IMG/VR virus record: IMGVR_UViG_3300028800_000084
Location: 7,286-71,285 of that record
Strand: one strand, 5' to 3'
Length of the DNA stretch: 64,000 nucleotides
Origin: a virus
The first letter of the stretch is position 1. Every line of letters begins with the position of its first letter. Below, piece after piece: positions 36,852 through 46,232 of the stretch. The notes under the pieces were generated by a model, which was not told where the DNA came from, searched no databases, and saw nothing but the letters and a program-made list of their open reading frames with translations. Made by a program: the position numbers and the translations under genes.

Positions 36852-38657
36852 TCATTCATGGTCATTCTCCTGCCAGACCGAACCGATGTCGATGCGCGTG
36901 TGCGTCACTTTCTGGAAACCGCGCCCCGGCGAATAGAACGTTTCGATGCGCTTGCCCTGCGCGCCGAACCAGCGGTCTTTGACCAGGGTCAGGTAGGCGA
37001 GGTTCGGGTCAATCGGTTCGTCGCCCGCCTTTGGCTTGACTTGCCGCGTTTCCAGGTCGTAGCCAGGGCGATAGACAGTCAGGAACCGCGTGGCGTTCTG
37101 TTCAATCACGCCGCCGCCCTGTGCATCGGAAATCAGCGGCTCTTTGTCGGCGCGGTCGGACGGGCCGCGATTGGCCTGACAGGTTGCCACGACGAACAGA
37201 CCCACGTCCCGCACGCAGTAGCGCAGAGCGTCACAGATAGCAACCGTGCCGGGATATGTGCCCATGCCGCCTTGCGACACGTTTTGCAAGGAATCGACAA
37301 TCATGATTTTGCCGCCGCGTCCCTTGAACAGTTCGCCCGTGCGTCGGATTTTGTCGGGGTCGGGCGAGTCGTGCTTGTAGAAAGTGATAGGCATTTTTCC
37401 GGCGGCGTCATAATGCTTGAAAATGCCCGCGCCCGCCTGTCCCGTGAAAATGTCGCGGGCGTTAATGCCCTGCATGTAGCTAACGATGCGATGCGTGTAC
37501 CATTCCGGCGTCATTTCGGTGGTGAACACGAGTACCGGCGCTTGCTTGGCGAACTCAATAGAGAACTGCATTGCCAGCGTGGACTTGCCCGCGCCCGTCC
37601 GCCCCAGAACCATCAGCAGGTCGTTGGACAGAAAGCCGCCGGTCGCTTCATCCAACTCCTGCACGCCAGTCTGATAGCCTCGAATAGCCTTTGGCGTTTG
37701 CGCCCACGCTTCCGCTGTCCCTTTTGCCGTTGCTGCCACGTCGGACATACCAATCAAGTCCTCCTCCGGTTTCACGACGGTTACGGTAGGTCGGGGCGCT
37801 GGTGAACGAACCACTTCCGGCGCGAACGGCTGCGCCCGTCCTTTTTCCAGGCCGCTGCGCACGGTCAGGTCAATCTCGTGGTCAGTCAGGCCCAGGCCGC
37901 GCCCCTCGGCGGTCAGCACGTCCTCCGCTTCGCCCGCGTCAAGATTACCCGCGCCGACCAACTTGCCGAGGATGAAGGCCGCTTTGTTCAGTTCATTGTT
38001 GCGCTGCCCTTCGGAGGCTGTTCGCAGTTTGGCGATGGTGTTGTCGATAGTTGCCCGCGTCAGGCGTCCGCTGGACAGAGTGAGCAGCGGGCGCGGCGGC
38101 ACGACGACTGGCTCCGGCTTGAGCAGTTTAAGCAACCAGTCCGGGGCGTCCACCGGCTCCGCTTCCTCAAATGACACTTTCCAGGCATAGGACGCACCGG
38201 AGGGATGGATTGACGGTGGGGCAACCACATAACCACCATCGCCGCGAAAGTCCAGACCGGGCAACTTTCCGGCGAAGTTATGAACCTCAAATCCGGGATG
38301 CTTGAAGTAAATGTGCTGCCCTTTGCCAGTCGAGCCAGTCGGCGTTTGTGGCACGCCGCCGCGTTCCTCCACCGCCTTCAACCCTTCGGCGCTATCCACG
38401 TCCAGGACGACTACGCCCGACACGCGCCCGGTGACGAGGCCCACGTTGCCTTGCGGACAGTCGGCCCACCAGGTGAGTATCTGGTCGCTGTCAGCCCGCT
38501 GCGTCTGGTAGGGTATCCAGGTTGCCTGCCCGTCGGGGGATTTAGGCAGCAGTGCGGCGTTGGGTCGCTTGTCGTGCGGCTGCAAGGGAATGACCGATAG
38601 CCCGCGCTTTTCGTAGGCAAAGGCTTGCGTCAGAGGGTCGGTCGCCAGATTAATCAC
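36852..38657 (-). CDS. Prim-Pol primase fused to DnaB-like helicase
   Basis: NVGLVTG..VVVLDVD, TGKGQHIYF, DFRGDGGYVVAPPS.H; GRTGAGKST Walker A, IVDSLQ, QANR. Confidence 0.92.
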   Translation of the reverse strand: MINLATDPLTQAFAYEKRGLSVIPLQPHDKRPNAALLPKSPDGQATWIPYQTQRADSDQILTWWADCPQGNVGLVTGRVSGVVVLDVDSAEGLKAVEERGGVPQTPTGSTGKGQHIYFKHPGFEVHNFAGKLPGLDFRGDGGYVVAPPSIHPSGASYAWKVSFEEAEPVDAPDWLLKLLKPEPVVVPPRPLLTLSSGRLTRATIDNTIAKLRTASEGQRNNELNKAAFILGKLVGAGNLDAGEAEDVLTAEGRGLGLTDHEIDLTVRSGLEKGRAQPFAPEVVRSPAPRPTVTVVKPEEDLIGMSDVAATAKGTAEAWAQTPKAIRGYQTGVQELDEATGGFLSNDLLMVLGRTGAGKSTLAMQFSIEFAKQAPVLVFTTEMTPEWYTHRIVSYMQGINARDIFTGQAGAGIFKHYDAAGKMPITFYKHDSPDPDKIRRTGELFKGRGGKIMIVDSLQNVSQGGMGTYPGTVAICDALRYCVRDVGLFVVATCQANRGPSDRADKEPLISDAQGGGVIEQNATRFLTVYRPGYDLETRQVKPKAGDEPIDPNLAYLTLVKDRWFGAQGKRIETFYSPGRGFQKVTHTRIDIGSVWQENDHE

Positions 38658-39733
38658 ATCGGCCTCCATTCGGCGGTGTTCGGGTCGCGCTGTTCGCGCA
38701 CGCCGTTTGTCTCTCGATACCAAAAACTCGTATTCTCATCGAACCATGTGCGAGGCTTGCTTGGGTCAAGCGGTGGCGCAGCGGGATGCTCGGCTAACCA
38801 CACGCCGATGTTCGATGCGACGTGCGAGAAGGGAACCATCTTGCCTGCCCAGAACCGCGTTCCGTTTTTGTCCGTCTCGGCCAGCTTTGCTTTGACAAAC
38901 CGCGCCACATCGTCCGCCGTCACGCCGCTGGCGGCCAGGGTGAGCGCCGCCGTCACGTTGGCTGTCACCGCATCGACGCCCCAGGCGGGCGTAAACCGGC
39001 CCGGATGGGACGCACCCCATGTGTGGTAAAGACTAGCTGCCAGGGTCAGAGAGGCAGGCGTAACGCCGTCGTGAACGAGCTTGGACGTGAAGCGCATGTA
39101 CGAGCCGTAAGCAAAACCGGGCGGGAGTGTTTCTTTGCCAATGGTTGCAATCCAGGCGTCGAGCAGTTCGGCTTGCGGTTGGGGCTTGCGCTTTGGCGGT
39201 TCGTCAACCCGCTCCGCGTTAGCGGTTGCGGGAAGAGAGTAGTCTATGCTAGTGCTCTCTGTATATAGTATTTTACCCTTTGGGGAAATTGCATTTTGAC
39301 CTTTGGGGAAATTAGAAGCGCTTCCCATTTTGACCTTTGGGGAAATTGAGAACTGGTCAAATAACGGTAAAAACCCAGACCAATTGATGCGAATATGCTT
39401 AGTCGGCTTGCTTCCGAAATGGTACAACGCCGTGATGATCAACTGCTTCTTTTCTAGAATAATCAGAGCGCGGTCAAGTTGCTTTGGCGTAACTCTGATT
39501 TCGTTCCACCACTCGGTGCGTTTTTTGGCGATCCATAGTTCCCCGTCATGGCTGACGGACAATTTCGTTACGCCGTTTCGTCCCGGCAGATGCCAATAGA
39601 CGATCTGACTCAGCACCAGACCGGCGATTAAGTCGCCCGCCATATCAATGTAGGCTTTTTTGAAGTCGATGGTGTCCCGTGACGACTGCTCCCAGTTGAG
39701 GAATCTCGCAACTAGCGGATCGACTTCGCTCAC
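38654..39733 (-). CDS. Replication initiator (winged-helix, O-like)
   Basis: LSQIVYW...WIAKKRTEW..E wHTH motif; internal iterons; sits upstream of the primase-helicase. Confidence 0.8.
   Translation of the reverse strand: MSEVDPLVARFLNWEQSSRDTIDFKKAYIDMAGDLIAGLVLSQIVYWHLPGRNGVTKLSVSHDGELWIAKKRTEWWNEIRVTPKQLDRALIILEKKQLIITALYHFGSKPTKHIRINWSGFLPLFDQFSISPKVKMGSASNFPKGQNAISPKGKILYTESTSIDYSLPATANAERVDEPPKRKPQPQAELLDAWIATIGKETLPPGFAYGSYMRFTSKLVHDGVTPASLTLAASLYHTWGASHPGRFTPAWGVDAVTANVTAALTLAASGVTADDVARFVKAKLAETDKNGTRFWAGKMVPFSHVASNIGVWLAEHPAAPPLDPSKPRTWFDENTSFWYRETNGVREQRDPNTAEWRPM
39270..39347. repeat. Three iterons, putative replication origin
   Basis: ATTTT(ACC/GAC)CTTTGGGGAAATT at ~39270, 39293 and 39327, next to an AT-rich tract. 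Confidence 0.8.
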
Positions 39734-39795
39734 AGCACGCCGCCATTAATAAAGTTTAATTTGCCGATAGAATCCGAACGTGGTAAACTGTTCAT
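39730..39795 (-). CDS. 21-aa leader peptide coupled (GTGA overlap) to the initiator
   Basis: MNSLPRSDSIGKLNFINGGVL* with SD GAGGAGG. Confidence 0.6.
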   Translation of the reverse strand: MNSLPRSDSIGKLNFINGGVL

Positions 39796-39866
39796 TGTTG
39801 CGTCCTCCTCTGACGCTACAAAGCGGTGCGCTCGAACGTGTCAGGCGTTCGGGCCGCTTTGTTTAT
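39761..39866 (+). ncRNA. Candidate antisense RNA (with promoter) against the initiator leader
   Basis: TTGCCG-17-TAAACT with extended TG. The RNA contains TCCTCCTC (anti-SD) and ends in an ACAAAGCGG...CCGCTTTGT hairpin followed by TTAT. Confidence 0.6.
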
Positions 39867-40239
39867 AGGATAGGTGTGATCTTACCTCATCTTCGCTCAT
39901 CGCGCTACCACAGCTTCGCTTGCGTCGGGCGCTTGCTCGGCGGCGGCACGTTCTCGCGCCTAAATTCCGTAATCTCATCGTCGTGCCACGTAGACGAGCA
40001 ATCGGGGCAGAACCACAAGTCAGCGCTCGGTCGCCCGTCGTCGTCGTTCGGCACGATGAGACGCCCGCCACAGTTCGGACAGATGTAGGGTTTTCTTTTG
40101 GGTCGGTATGGGGTAGAATTGAACATGATACGCTCCTTTACAGCGTAGCCAGATAGTGGAAGCCCGCGCCAGCGGGTTTTTCCATGTCAGGCGTAGAAGA
40201 TAGGCTTCATTCTAACATTTTTAGCCGCCGTTGGCAACG

Positions 40240-40920
40240 TCAACCAATCCACTGAATGCCATGCTCAACAAGATAGCGCTTCATATCCCGCCGGAACGCC
40301 CACGCGCCCTGCCGCTTGACGGTCTTGCGGCAATTGGTGAACAACTGCCCGTGCCAGATATCCAGGTGCGGCTCGTTCTTGTCGGGGTTCGTCCACAGGT
40401 CGTACCAGCCGCAATCGAACCGCTGCCGGTTTTGCGCCGTCCACGTCAAGGCGTCGGCCTCAATGATGGTCAATCGCTCCGTCGGCATGAACGGCCCGAC
40501 CAGTTTCAGCACGTCAGGTGAGTTCTCGATGCACGTCACATGCTCTACGTTCTGGTTAGCCAGCAGCCCGCGTACCACGCAGCCCAGGCCCAGGCCCGCC
40601 ACCAGCACGCTCCCGCTGGCCTGCATGACAAAGCCCAAGTGCGTCCGCAGTTCGAACGGCGTATCCTCCATGACCACCGCGCCGGGCTGTTCGTCGTAGA
40701 GCGTAGCCTCAGTGAGAAAGCGCAGATAAGTGTACGTGCCGCGCGGTAGGTGAACAGGATACCCATGTCGATTGGTAACGGTGTCTTTGGCGAGCGTCAG
40801 TTTTTTCGTGAACCACAGATTCGACCACGCCGCCGGGATTGCGTCGGCTTTCATGACTGCGAGATAGTCATTCACGTCGCCACCTGCCGCGCCACGTACC
40901 AGCGCTCCCAGGCGCGGCAC
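40240..40920 (-). CDS. Spermidine-synthase-like SAM-dependent methyltransferase fold protein
   Basis: VMEDTPFE, VLVAGLGLG, VTCIE.SPDV, IIEADA, WYDLW. True start probably ~40875. Confidence 0.75.
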   Translation of the reverse strand: MPRLGALVRGAAGGDVNDYLAVMKADAIPAAWSNLWFTKKLTLAKDTVTNRHGYPVHLPRGTYTYLRFLTEATLYDEQPGAVVMEDTPFELRTHLGFVMQASGSVLVAGLGLGCVVRGLLANQNVEHVTCIENSPDVLKLVGPFMPTERLTIIEADALTWTAQNRQRFDCGWYDLWTNPDKNEPHLDIWHGQLFTNCRKTVKRQGAWAFRRDMKRYLVEHGIQWIG

Positions 40921-42300
40921 GCGGCCAGCGCCAGACCCGTCACGTCGTCTGCTCCCTCGTGGTAGCGCCCGCCGCTGTTTGGCGTCAGGTCAACGCCCAC
41001 GCTACCATCGCCGTAGATGGTAATTTCGAGCTTCGCCTCATTGCGCAGCGGCAGTGTCAGGGTGTCTCTCAAGTCGGCGCTGTAGCGTGGCACAAGCATC
41101 CACGTCGTTCCATCTGGTCGCGTACCAACCAACCCTTCACCCATTTCCTTAACGTCCGTCCAGCCGAGCAGTTCAGCTATGTGCCGGTCGAGCGCCGCGC
41201 CCGCCGGTTCTGTCGTCCAGTCTGTTGACATTTTCACCCCTTCAGGTGTACCCTGTTCATGTATGCTCTCGATAACCGCAAGCCGAGCGCCACGTGTAAC
41301 CCCTTCGACGTGGCGCTCGTGCGTCTAGCGCTCCAGCGCGTGGACGGACAGGCGGCGCTTGGCGCGGGCGGGCACGAGGTCAGGCGTCTTGTTCATCGGG
41401 CCACAAGTCCTTAATTGCCTCGAAGTCGAAAAACCCTTCCCACTCACTCCGGTACAGTGCGCAGTACTTGTTGCAGCATTGGAACAACGTCCCGGCAGGC
41501 GTCTCGCCCTGGTACAGCACCTTGCCGCCGTGACACACCGGGCAGCGCGGCGGCAAGGTGAACGCCATGAGCAGCAGCATCCAGAATGACGGCGAGTGCC
41601 GGTTCACGTTGCGGGCGGGCGCGAGGGAAGTCATCATTGCTCCCTCTGATTCGGATAATGTCGGTCTACCCATTCTCGAATAGCTGGACGTAAATCAACG
41701 CCCGCCCAAAACACAAGGGTGTCATCCGATACCCAAGCTCCGCCGGTAATCTTCTGTGTCGGGTCAATTTCAGGGTAGGCGTGGTACAGGTCGCCTAGCA
41801 TGGCCGCGTTATCGCTGGTGACAAGAACTCCATCACTGAATACGTTGTGTTCGTCCGAAAATCGCCAGTAGGTACCCCCGTCGGCGTCGGGAACGCCCTG
41901 CGGCTCCGTGTCACGCCCGCAGTTGGGGCAGCCAATCCCTTCCGGTAATGCGTCGTTCATGACGGCTCTGGAAACGGGTCGCGCCCGCTGCTGTCGCTGT
42001 TCAGCCAGTCTTGCCAGCGGATTTCATCGAACGAGGTAGGGTGCAGCGCAGCTTCAGCGTTCATCCAATAATACTCCGGGTCGCAGGGGTCAGGGTCAAC
42101 GTTACGAGCCAGCAGTCGAACCTTAATATCGGTGTATTCAATGTAGCGGCGATGCTGGCGAAACAGAGCGGACTTCGCTTTGCCCGACGTTTCGGCCACG
42201 ATAAGTTCAATCGCGTAATCGTCCACCAGCGGCCCGCCAAGTTCGGGGTCGATGGCTTCCACGTGTTCAAAAGGGCCGCCGTCTACCACGTATAGGTTGT

Positions 42301-42711
42301 TCATTCCTTCTCCCCTCCGTAGTCGCCGTGTGGAAGGTCGTAATCATCGGGCGTCTCGCGGAATACCTCGTCGGCCAGCGTCGGCAGCGTAATCCTGATG
42401 CGCAGTCCGAGCGCCGCCGTGTCGCCGTCGTACAGTTCGAAACCGCCGACAATCTCGATGATTTCGCACATCACCGCCTCGCCGTCCAGGAACGGGGCGA
42501 TTTGCGCGGCGAGGTCACGCGGGACAAAACCGACGTGTTTCACGCCATCAGCTGTAGCCACGTGGATTGCCAGGGCGTTCTTGTCATACGGGTTCGTCGG
42601 CTCCGGCACTATCCTACATGGTTCGTTCCCCTTGAGCTTGGCGAGGATGCTCTGACGACCGTCATGGGTCACGCCCGCTGCTTTCGTGACAATCGTTCGT
42701 GTGTTAGTCAT
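42301..42711 (-). CDS. HIRAN domain protein
   Basis: AGVTHDGRQ...PEPTNPYDKNALAI...VGFVPRDLAAQIAPFLD. Confidence 0.9.
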   Translation of the reverse strand: MTNTRTIVTKAAGVTHDGRQSILAKLKGNEPCRIVPEPTNPYDKNALAIHVATADGVKHVGFVPRDLAAQIAPFLDGEAVMCEIIEIVGGFELYDGDTAALGLRIRITLPTLADEVFRETPDDYDLPHGDYGGEKE

Positions 42712-42713
42712 AG

Positions 42714-44672
42714 CTAGAGCGGCACGCTTTCTGTTGCTACTTCCTTGATGACCTCAAATCCGGTGAAGTCCTTATAAAACTTCCCGCTGCCCACTTCGGT
42801 TTCCTTGCCCTGTACCCAGGTCGCTTTGACTGCCAGCGTGTAGCGCTTGCCCGCTTCCCACTTCTCTGGTGTGAAGCCCGCTTGCTCAAGTTTCAATTCC
42901 AGCTGGTCGCAGGCCCGTCCACTCACGTTGAGCGGATACTTTGACTCGCCGCCGGTGTTCAGGTTGAAGAAAATCGCGTAGCTCAGCTTACCGTTGTTCA
43001 CGTTGCGGGCGATAGCGAAACCTGTTTCCGACTTGGCAGGCTTATCGCCACTTTGCACAGCAGGCGGTTGAGTCGCACTCGGTGGCGCATCCTGACGCGC
43101 GGGCGGCGCGGCGGAAGCCACTGGCGGCTGCGCAGCGGCGGGCTGGACGCGGCATGACGGGTGGATGTTGTCAGGATGCGTTACGAACTGCTCCATGAGT
43201 CGCACGGCATCGTCCCACGTCGCATCCGGCGCGTACAGCGTCACGCTGAAGCGGACACCCTTGTAGATTGTGCAGCCCCGGTCAGTCGGCCACACGGCCA
43301 GCGGTTGGTAGTTGTACACTCGGTCTGTCCTTTCGTTTTTAGCCGTCAAATCGGGGCTAGGAGCCGCCTGTTCGCGTTCGGGCGGGTCGTTAGCCGTGTC
43401 GGGCGCGGCAGGGGCGTCTTTGCGTCCAACGGGACGGAGGTCTAGCCGTGTGTCGGGAGTTTTACTCCCTACGCCGTGGTCGCCCAGGTCAATGACATAG
43501 AGTTCGCGGTCAGGGTAAGTGTTGTCCCGCCGCACTCGCATGACAGGTTTCCCGTTGTAGGTAGCGTCAAAGCGGTCTTCTGGCGCTTGCGCGTACCACT
43601 CCGCAACAGTTACCCAGGCGAGTTCTTCGCGGTCTGCGGGCTGTCCGTCGGCGGTGCGAGGGAACGCGGCGTACAGCTTAACTTTCGACACCGTGCCGAC
43701 ATAGCCGTACTCGTCCAGCGCCTTGGCGAACGGCAGCCCGCCAAGCGCTTTCTGGACATCGGCAGGACTAACACCGTGTTCGGCGCTGACGAGCGGAAGC
43801 AGCAGAGCTTTGACAGCGGCGCGGGTGACGCGCTCAAGACCATCTTCCGGTGCGCCGAGGAAGTCTTTGACGTGTTCCACGAGCAACGCGTCGTGGATAA
43901 ACTTCTCTTGGAACGCCGTCTCGATGTCGGCGGCGGCGGTGATGTCGTGGGCGTCAGCCCAGAACGCCTTGCGGGTCTTCTCGTCTTCAACCCAATGTTT
44001 CGTTGCAGGACTGTCTACCATTGGTATACCTTTCGGTTTGATTTGCAGCGGGCCAGCAGGCAACTTCTCAAAGTGTTCGCTCAGTGGTGTCCCTTGTTCG
44101 CGGGCAGCGGTTTCGACTGCCAACACCGCCCCGTCCATCTTTTCCGGCGCATTACGTAAGTTGCCGCCGAACACCGACAGCACGAAGTCTTCGCCAGCGT
44201 GCGCCCGCATGGACAGGATGCGCAGACTACCCGCCTCGCCGCGCCAGTCGGGGAAAGACGATTTGTGTACCTTGCCGTCCAGCATCAGTTCAATCTTGAC
44301 CATCTGGTGCAGGTTGCCGTCCGTCTGGCAGTAGGTCGTCTGCCACTGCACGTCAACGCTGCCGTTCGGCTCCACCAGCGCTTCGCGGTCGGCACGGGGC
44401 AGGCGCGTAATCTGGTCAACAATCCGAGCGTCTTTGATGTCGAAGTGCAGGCACAGGTCGCCGCTGTACAGGTTCCACACGTGCGCCTCACGGTAGAGAC
44501 TGTGCTGGATACGCTGCACAACGGACGTTCCCGGCAGCGGTTCGCGCCCCATCGCGTGCTGCGTGCCGTCGGTCTGACTGTTCGGCACGGTAAGGACTGT
44601 CTCGAACGGGCTGCCCACGTCCGCGCCCGTCGTCGGGCTGTCGTCGGCGGTGCGGGGCGTGTCGTTAGCCAT
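42714..44672 (-). CDS. Large multidomain hypothetical protein (possibly recombination/ssDNA-binding)
   Basis: Long ORF with Pro/Ala linkers in the replication arm; function not recognised. Confidence 0.5.
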   Translation of the reverse strand: MANDTPRTADDSPTTGADVGSPFETVLTVPNSQTDGTQHAMGREPLPGTSVVQRIQHSLYREAHVWNLYSGDLCLHFDIKDARIVDQITRLPRADREALVEPNGSVDVQWQTTYCQTDGNLHQMVKIELMLDGKVHKSSFPDWRGEAGSLRILSMRAHAGEDFVLSVFGGNLRNAPEKMDGAVLAVETAAREQGTPLSEHFEKLPAGPLQIKPKGIPMVDSPATKHWVEDEKTRKAFWADAHDITAAADIETAFQEKFIHDALLVEHVKDFLGAPEDGLERVTRAAVKALLLPLVSAEHGVSPADVQKALGGLPFAKALDEYGYVGTVSKVKLYAAFPRTADGQPADREELAWVTVAEWYAQAPEDRFDATYNGKPVMRVRRDNTYPDRELYVIDLGDHGVGSKTPDTRLDLRPVGRKDAPAAPDTANDPPEREQAAPSPDLTAKNERTDRVYNYQPLAVWPTDRGCTIYKGVRFSVTLYAPDATWDDAVRLMEQFVTHPDNIHPSCRVQPAAAQPPVASAAPPARQDAPPSATQPPAVQSGDKPAKSETGFAIARNVNNGKLSYAIFFNLNTGGESKYPLNVSGRACDQLELKLEQAGFTPEKWEAGKRYTLAVKATWVQGKETEVGSGKFYKDFTGFEVIKEVATESVPL

Positions 44673-45111
44673 TGCGGTTCGCCTCCGCGAGGGCCGCGCG
44701 ACCCTTATCCGTGATGTAGAGATCGGCGTTGATAAGATTGCGTCCTCGCAGGTCATCCACACGGTTCGCTACAACGTTGCTGTGTGTTGAATGCCCAGGG
44801 TCGATGCAGACGTAGTTTCCACTGAACAGGCGATGCGCTAACCGCCAACCGTCCACGAGCTTTTGCAGTAAGCGCTTGTCGGAAACGCTCAGCGCCTTGC
44901 CCGCTGGCGCGTCCGCTTGCGCCGGGGCGACGGGCGGCTCGACGATGCTGGTCGGCGCGTCCCAGTCCGTCCGCGTGACCACTGGCCCCCACGGGGTTGG
45001 GTCTTGCGCCATCCTCTGCAATTCGTACAACTTGGTCATAGCCTCTATCGGGCTAAGCTCGTCAATCTTCATGTCCCGCAGGAGTTGTGTTATACTTTGC
45101 TCGTTCGTCAC
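44665..45111 (-). CDS. Protein with MutS C-terminal-domain-like N-terminus
   Basis: LRDMKIDELSPIEAMTKLYELQRMA resembles the MutS CTD (L..L..D.L(S/T)P.EAL..LY.L). Confidence 0.55.
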   Translation of the reverse strand: MTNEQSITQLLRDMKIDELSPIEAMTKLYELQRMAQDPTPWGPVVTRTDWDAPTSIVEPPVAPAQADAPAGKALSVSDKRLLQKLVDGWRLAHRLFSGNYVCIDPGHSTHSNVVANRVDDLRGRNLINADLYITDKGRAALAEANRNG

Positions 45112-45163
45112 GTTCGTTCTCCTGGCCCGGCGCGAACCGGGCCTTCCGCGTTCTCGGTCGATG

Positions 45164-45895
45164 TTAAGCTGTCCCCAAATTGCCGATCATGGCGGACAGA
45201 TGCCTTGCTTGCGCATCCCTAGCCGCATCCCAAGCCGCATCCCAAGCCGCACCCCTAGCCGCATCCCAAGCCGCACCCCTAGCCGCAGCCCTAGCCGCAG
45301 CCCAAGCCGCACCCCAAGCCGCATCCCTAGCCGCATCCCTAGCCGCACCCCAAGCCGCATCCCTAGCCGCATCCCTAGCCGCACCCCTAGCCGCATCCCT
45401 AGCCGCATCCCAAGCCGCATCCCAAGCCGCAGCCAAATCTTTATCAGTCGCTTTGCTGTCAAGCCACAACCGCTTGACCTCTATTGCCTTCCAGCAGGCC
45501 ACGTCAGGTTCGCGTCCTGCATTCCGCTCGTTCGTAAGCGCGCCTTCGGCGCACCAACAGGCGAACTCGTGCAACGTGCGCGTCCCGTCAACAAGCGACA
45601 AGCACGTTCGGTTACTGGCGACCAACTTATCACCGCCCCGCTGCACATCCCCCCACATGGCGACCCGCTGTACCATCGCCCCTGGTGCAAAACCGAGTGC
45701 GTCCATGATGTTGATGCTGGCGTGATAGCCGTGACTGCACAGCACAACCGGCGGCTTGACTTTCATCGTCTTGCCGACGACGGGGCGTTTTCCTTCATCG
45801 TTAGCAGTCAGGCCATTATCTGGTAAAAAGTGCCACGCGATAATGGCGTCTTTGCGAGGAACGAAAGTGGAGGTATCATTGTTTTTGTTGCTCAA
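45164..45895 (-). CDS. Conserved phage protein with AA(W/R)(D/G) repeat tail
   Basis: LCSHGYHAS...DALGFA...DKLVAS.R motif followed by the repeat tail. Confidence 0.75.
   Translation of the reverse strand: MSNKNNDTSTFVPRKDAIIAWHFLPDNGLTANDEGKRPVVGKTMKVKPPVVLCSHGYHASINIMDALGFAPGAMVQRVAMWGDVQRGGDKLVASNRTCLSLVDGTRTLHEFACWCAEGALTNERNAGREPDVACWKAIEVKRLWLDSKATDKDLAAAWDAAWDAARDAARGAARDAARDAAWGAARDAARDAAWGAAWAAARAAARGAAWDAARGAAWDAAWDAARDAQARHLSAMIGNLGTA
45211..45433. repeat. 12-bp tandem repeat array
   Basis: About 18 units of GCCGCA(T/C/G)CCC(A/T)A. Confidence 0.95.
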
Positions 45896-45963
45896 TTCCT
45901 AATCCTTTCTGAGTGACCGCCCTGTTCTCGCAGGGCGTTTCGCGTTCTCGGTCGATGTACATA

Positions 45964-45992
45964 ATGTTACCGCGTAGTAAGTTTCTTGTCAA
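45964..45992 (-). promoter_or_regulatory. Sigma70-type promoter
   Basis: TTGACA-17-TAACAT on the minus strand. Confidence 0.7.
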
Positions 45993-46203
45993 CAGGTATT
46001 TTCGGAGGACGGCCCAGACGTTTCGCGCCGTACCGTTCCTCCACAGAGCGGACGGTGGTGTACCAAGCGAAGCCGCGCACGTCCAGGTCACGGACGGCTT
46101 CGCGCAGTTGCCCGGTACGCGCCCAATAGCGGATTGTGTTGACCGATATGCCGGTCAGTTTCGCCACTTTCTTAATCGGTATCATCGTTGTTATTTTCCC
46201 CAT
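45967..46203 (-). CDS. MerR/excisionase-type HTH protein
   Basis: IKKVAKLTGISVNTIRYWARTGQL...GRPPK. Confidence 0.75.
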   Translation of the reverse strand: MGKITTMIPIKKVAKLTGISVNTIRYWARTGQLREAVRDLDVRGFAWYTTVRSVEERYGAKRLGRPPKIPVDKKLTTR

Positions 46204-46232
46204 CTACGCTCCCCCCAAAGCTTATCGTGTCG

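Noticed and set aside
45211-45433. 12-bp tandem array as a CRISPR or guide array
   Set aside because: No spacers; it is an in-frame coding repeat (AAWD/AARG) of a common phage protein tail.
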